Positions 38,162 through 42,529 of a stretch of DNA of 42,529 nucleotides are shown piece after piece. Numbering within the stretch: position 1 is the stretch's first letter; every line of letters starts with the position of its first letter. The notes under the pieces were generated by a model. The model was not told where the DNA came from and made no database searches. It saw only the letters and a list, made by a program, of their open reading frames with translations. This DNA is from Candidatus Methanophagales archaeon (GTDB lineage: Archaea > Halobacteriota > Syntropharchaeia > Alkanophagales > Methanospirareceae), in assembly GCA_028572065.1 (NCBI GenBank), contig JAPVWK010000002.1, positions 1-42,529 of the forward strand, read 5' to 3'. A program made the position numbers and the translations under genes.

Positions 38162-39715
38162 TTACGACGGTATCACATTTCCTATCGCGACATCCACAAG
38201 GTCATAGATGTACATTGAAAGCATATCTACATACGGTGCGAGCATCTCCACAGGTCTCAAGATGAAAGCCAAAAAGAAGATAACCGAAAAAATCGCGGTT
38301 ATCGCTAACGGTATGACCACAAGAGAAGTTGATTCTTTCACTTTTGGCTCTGCTACCGCGCCCTCCGGTTCCTTAAAGAATGCGGTATGTAATATCGGGA
38401 AGAAATAAATAACATCCAGTAAAGACGCAATCAAAAGGACGAACAGGAATATAATCATCACAGGTGAAATAGTTTCGTATGCCACGTATGTACCCATGCA
38501 CAAATACCATTTACTTATGAAGCCCACAGCAGGCGGAATACCACACATTCCAAGCGCACCTACGGTGAATGCCAGCATCGTTATCGGCATTGTCTTCCCT
38601 ATGCCACCCATCTCACTTATGTTCTTCTTACCGGTGGCCACCATTATCGCACCGGCACACATAAACAGCGTTATCTTCATGTAGCCGTGGAACGGAATGT
38701 GCATCATAGCACCCCGTATTCCTGGTTCTGTTAACAACGCCGCGCCCAAAAGTATGTAGGACAACTGATTTATGGTAGAATATGCAAGTCTTCTTTTCAA
38801 ATTGTCTTGACCGATGGCAAACAAATTGGAAACGATCATTGTAAAGCCCGCGATGCATGCAAGTAGCAGACCCAGTCCAAGCGAGGTCATCAAGTCCACA
38901 CCATATATGAAACACACAATCCGGACGATTCCGAACACGCCCGCTTTCACCACTGCTACTGCGTGCAGTAACGCGCTTACAGGTGTCGGCGCCACCATCG
39001 CTGCGGGTAACCATGAATGGAACGGCATCCACGCCGCCTTCAGAAACCCCAAAAGGAAACAGACGAACAAAATTATCAGTGTCCACTTATGTGCAGGATT
39101 AAGAGCAGCAAGCGCAGCTATCCCACCATTCGTGAAGTCCGTGGTCCCTGTAAGATAGTAAACCATCACCAACCCAAACAGGAAGAAACAACCCGAGGTG
39201 AGCAGATACGCGAAATACTTATGACCCGCGCTCAAAGCCTCTGCCGTCTGATCGTGAACAACCAGAGCATATGTCGAGACAGTTAAAATCTCATAAAAAA
39301 TGAACAGCGTGAGCAAATTCGCGGACATTGCAATGCCCAAAGCACCAAATATGGCAAGAGCAAAGCTAAAGTAGAATCTAGTCTGTGCATGCTCCTTCAA
39401 CGACCTCATATAGCCTATGGAATAGAAAGTGACCAATATCCAGAGAGAAGAAGAAGTGAGTGCGAATAGCATACCGAACGCATCTACTTTTAAGCCAATT
39501 CCCAGGCCCGGCAATAAAGTCTGGCTAAAGGTGAATCTGATAACGTCGCCACCTAAAACAGGCTGTATCATAGACAGAACGAGCGAGAACGTTGCTATAC
39601 TCGCTACGATTGCCACTCCTTCCCGGATATTCGGCCATTTACCTAACATAAATATTAAAGGCGCTGCTATTAACGGGCACAGAAGGACTAACAGTGGCGT
39701 AAGCATCTCTACCAT
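38162..39715 (-). CDS. mrpD: Mrp/Mnh antiporter subunit D-like proton-conducting membrane protein
   Basis: FIFYEILT, KAAWMPFHSWLPAAMVAPTPVSALLHAVAVVKAG, LKRRLAYST. Confidence 0.88.
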   Translation of the reverse strand: MVEMLTPLLVLLCPLIAAPLIFMLGKWPNIREGVAIVASIATFSLVLSMIQPVLGGDVIRFTFSQTLLPGLGIGLKVDAFGMLFALTSSSLWILVTFYSIGYMRSLKEHAQTRFYFSFALAIFGALGIAMSANLLTLFIFYEILTVSTYALVVHDQTAEALSAGHKYFAYLLTSGCFFLFGLVMVYYLTGTTDFTNGGIAALAALNPAHKWTLIILFVCFLLGFLKAAWMPFHSWLPAAMVAPTPVSALLHAVAVVKAGVFGIVRIVCFIYGVDLMTSLGLGLLLACIAGFTMIVSNLFAIGQDNLKRRLAYSTINQLSYILLGAALLTEPGIRGAMMHIPFHGYMKITLFMCAGAIMVATGKKNISEMGGIGKTMPITMLAFTVGALGMCGIPPAVGFISKWYLCMGTYVAYETISPVMIIFLFVLLIASLLDVIYFFPILHTAFFKEPEGAVAEPKVKESTSLVVIPLAITAIFSVIFFLAFILRPVEMLAPYVDMLSMYIYDLVDVAIGNVIPS

Positions 39716-41250
39716 TGCGGCATCCCTCCTACACCCAATTCACATAACATCTGGTCCATCATAGGTGCAAACACGCCTGTAAGCCATAAAATACCCACGA
39801 CAATACAAAGAACCGCGAGTAATAACATTGGTACAACCATACTGAGCGGCACATCCGCCTTCTTCGTGTCGTGATGATGCCCCCCCCCAGAGTTGACAAA
39901 ATAAATACGGTCAACTATTCGCCAGAAATAAGCAAGGTTTAGAAGCGTACTGATCATGAGTATAACTACGAATGCGTAACCGGAAATAGGCAAAGTTGCC
40001 GTAGCCTCTAAAGACGCAAAAAGTAAAAACAGTTTCGTGGCAAAGCCAGTACACGGGGGCACACCAATCATGGCAATTGCAGCTAAAGTGAATGCCGCAC
40101 TTGCAAATGGCATCTTCTTCCCTAACCCTTCAAAATCTTTTATATCCCAGAGGTTCAATTTGTAGATGAATGCACCAGCCGCCAAAAACAGGCAGCCTTT
40201 CATTATCGCATGATTTAAGATATGCGCAATCGCTCCGACAAGGCCCCAGGCCGAAATTGGCGCCAGTCCTATTCCCAACACGATATAGCCTATCTGGGCA
40301 ATGCTGGAATATGCAAGCATCCGCTTCAATTTTGTCTGCTGTATCGCGAGTACCGACCCAGCGATTATGCCTATCGCTGCGATCCAGCAGAGTGCCATTT
40401 CCACACCGCCATAGCTCTGCAAGAACTTGATTGTGAACACGGAGAAAATAACTCTTATTAAGGCATATACCGAAACTTTGGACATCGTGGCTGCGATTAT
40501 CGCACTTACAGCAGAAGGTGCGTACGTGTATGCGTCCGGCTGCCATACATGTAACGGAAATAGCGCCATCTTTATGCTCATCCCGACAGCAAAGAACACA
40601 AACGCTGCTTGCACTGCTCTGTTCCCATACAGCGGTGGCAGCAGTGCCGAAAGGTCGGCCATATTTAGCGTGCCGGTAACCGCGTATAGGAAACCCGCGC
40701 CTAACAGGTAGAAACAGGCACCCATAGAGCCCATAATCACATAGTTGTAACTCGCTTTTAACGCTCTTCCACCGGCAACTGCTATCAGTGCGTATGACGC
40801 TAATGCCGATATTTCCAGGAATACGTACAAATTAAAAATATCACCTGTCACAACTATGCCACATAAACCGGTGATAAGTAGTTGAAATACCGAATAGAAC
40901 GGAACTATCTTAAGCGGTAGCTCCTTCTCTACGCTTCGTTTTGAATATATAGCACAAATAAAGCTAAGAAATAGAATCACGATGAGTACATACGCATTAA
41001 ACGTATCTATTACGTATTCTATGCCCCATGGCGGTGCCCAGCCACCCAATTGGTAATGTATGGGCCCTTCTGCCAAGACGCGTTTCAGCATAGAGAACGC
41101 CATCAACAGTTGTATGAATATAGTAGCTAACGAAATAGGAAACGCGACTTTCTTATTTAGCCAACCTGCGATTAAGATAGTAAATGCAGCAAACATCGAG
41201 ATTACAATCACAAGTACCGGATAATGTTCAGCTAAAAACCATGTCATCAC
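39709..41250 (-). CDS. mrpD: Mrp/Mnh antiporter subunit D-like proton-conducting membrane protein
   Basis: GGWAPPWGIE, GDIFNLYVFLEI, KMALFPLHVWQPDAY, LKRMLAYSS. Confidence 0.9.
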   Translation of the reverse strand: MMTWFLAEHYPVLVIVISMFAAFTILIAGWLNKKVAFPISLATIFIQLLMAFSMLKRVLAEGPIHYQLGGWAPPWGIEYVIDTFNAYVLIVILFLSFICAIYSKRSVEKELPLKIVPFYSVFQLLITGLCGIVVTGDIFNLYVFLEISALASYALIAVAGGRALKASYNYVIMGSMGACFYLLGAGFLYAVTGTLNMADLSALLPPLYGNRAVQAAFVFFAVGMSIKMALFPLHVWQPDAYTYAPSAVSAIIAATMSKVSVYALIRVIFSVFTIKFLQSYGGVEMALCWIAAIGIIAGSVLAIQQTKLKRMLAYSSIAQIGYIVLGIGLAPISAWGLVGAIAHILNHAIMKGCLFLAAGAFIYKLNLWDIKDFEGLGKKMPFASAAFTLAAIAMIGVPPCTGFATKLFLLFASLEATATLPISGYAFVVILMISTLLNLAYFWRIVDRIYFVNSGGGHHHDTKKADVPLSMVVPMLLLAVLCIVVGILWLTGVFAPMMDQMLCELGVGGMPQW

Positions 41251-41386
41251 TATTTCTCTCCCTTCCGCTTTTAGTTCGCCCTCTCGCTACGTCCTTCCTT
41301 AGTCATTTCCCTTCTCTTCGCCATCCGTACACCAACCTAAATAGGATAGAAACACTATATATATCTTTCCTTTTTTCGCTGTTGTA

Positions 41387-41917
41387 TCACCAGGGCACAT
41401 CTTTTCGCCCCAGTTTAAAGCCTGTGTAATTTGTAAGTAAGTGCAGTATCGGCGTAATTATAACTACTATAATGATTATTTCTGGAGTGAAAGCGTCAAT
41501 GAACCAATCTCGTGCAAACAGGAACAGAAGCAGCCACGCGCCCGCTACAAAGTCCAGTTGATCTACAACAGGAAAGGGTGCACCTCTTTTCAGGCCCACG
41601 CGCCGCTTTACGAGACTGGCCAGGAGGTCACCAAGCATTGCACCTGCGGATAAGCAAAGAATCGTGACTAAACAAAGAGGGAAAGGCCCGAACGAGTGGG
41701 ACATGGGTTGTTGGATTATACCACATAGGACTCCGCAAGCGGTGCCCTTCAAGAAGCCTTCATATGTCTTGCCATCACCCAGCAACCGGTTTTTACCCCA
41801 ATAAATACCGCGGTCTATGGGTGTTTTCCCTTTGAAGAACCCCGCACTCAGATTCGTGATGTACGCAGGCAGCATCAGCCATATCGCATAGAGGATAATC
41901 ATAGGGTCCATATTCAC
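41387..41917 (-). CDS. carS: CDP-archaeol synthase
   Basis: WLMLPAY..N, PID.G, LLGDGKTYEG, GDLLASLVKRRVG..RG, DQLDF, C-terminal KDVPW. Confidence 0.93.
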   Translation of the reverse strand: MNMDPMIILYAIWLMLPAYITNLSAGFFKGKTPIDRGIYWGKNRLLGDGKTYEGFLKGTACGVLCGIIQQPMSHSFGPFPLCLVTILCLSAGAMLGDLLASLVKRRVGLKRGAPFPVVDQLDFVAGAWLLLFLFARDWFIDAFTPEIIIIVVIITPILHLLTNYTGFKLGRKDVPW

Positions 41918-41976
41918 TTAATATCAGGACGGTTTATAAAATCCACGAGCTTTTTTGAAATACCGAAACTACCGTA

Positions 41977-42165
41977 TCATGCCACTATCAACTTAACATA
42001 GTCCATCTTTCGACTCGTCTGGAACTGCCGGACCAGTTGCTTTATCCGCGCTGCGTCACCCTCCAGAATGAATACTTCGAGGCATTTGTCCTCTCGCAAG
42101 TGGTTATGAATCTGCGTACTTATGATGTCCTCAAATTCGTGCTTTATCTCTGTTACTAAACCAGT
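41977..42165 (-). pseudogene. NikR-like regulator, C-terminal metal-binding domain only
   Basis: GLVTEIKHEFEDIISTQIHNHLREDKCLEVFILEGD...MDYVKLIVA*; no start codon and no RHH domain, with an in-frame TAG at 42166-42168 upstream. Confidence 0.8.
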
Positions 42166-42192
42166 CTATCTATAAATGGTGAAGAGGCAAAG

Positions 42193-42529
42193 ATGGAAAA
42201 GCGAAGAGGGATATTAGTTGTAATGCTGTTTGCGGTCATCTGCATAATCGCCGTGAGTGCCACGTACATTTACACTAACCCTGGTAGAGGCAGAGTAGCA
42301 GATGAAGAAGCAATAGGGGTGGTTGTGACTATACTACCACAAGCGGATTTCGTGCATAACGTGGCAGGCGACAAAGTGAGTGTTACAATCATGGTACCGC
42401 CAGGAGCGAGTCCTCATACCTATGAACCAACACCGGGTCAATTAATGGAAGTCAGCAAGGCGAGGATATACTTGAAGGTGGGCTCGGGCGTGGAATTCGA
42501 GCAGACCTGGCTGGACAAGATTATTGGTA
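42193..42529 (+). CDS. znuA: Zn/Mn ABC transporter substrate-binding protein (ZnuA/TroA), runs off the right edge
   Basis: N-terminal TM, VVVTILPQADFV..VAGDKV.V..MVPPGASPHTYEPTP. Confidence 0.9.
   Translation, partial: MEKRRGILVVMLFAVICIIAVSATYIYTNPGRGRVADEEAIGVVVTILPQADFVHNVAGDKVSVTIMVPPGASPHTYEPTPGQLMEVSKARIYLKVGSGVEFEQTWLDKIIG

Noticed and set aside
1-42529. tRNA, rRNA, integrase or provirus genes
   Set aside because: None recognised by eye; a tRNAscan/Infernal run would be needed to exclude small RNAs

Overview
Archaeal genomic DNA, most consistent with ANME-1/Methanophagales (inferred from NosD-type beta-helix surface proteins with a shared C-terminal YTYPCxGTGGH...YDWxPAI domain, a PGF-CTERM protein, CarS and archaeal TATA promoters). 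From left to right the window holds: a partial beta-helix surface protein; a UPF0282-like gene broken by a complete ISH8-type IS4 element (17-bp TIRs, 10-bp TSD, frameshifted transposase); a DUF3800 remnant; a FAD oxidoreductase; two paralogous beta-helix surface proteins flanking an MNT-HEPN toxin-antitoxin pair; an NDP-sugar epimerase; and small accessory genes, several with single in-frame stops. An ~16-kb block follows with two divergent COG1361+MMPL/RND operons, regulators, an AttH/CrtC-like protein, a Grs/Gms-family radical SAM enzyme, a phasin-like protein, a UbiB kinase, a UbiA prenyltransferase and a GT2. This block is the best candidate for an undescribed ether-lipid modification and export system. 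The right end has stress and TA genes, alkA, two orphan MrpD-like subunits, carS, a decapitated NikR-like regulator and a partial znuA. Three separate two-gene cassettes (two of them TA pairs) are each flanked by a degenerate direct repeat of the neighbouring gene's end. Family assignments come from recognised motifs only; no searches were run.
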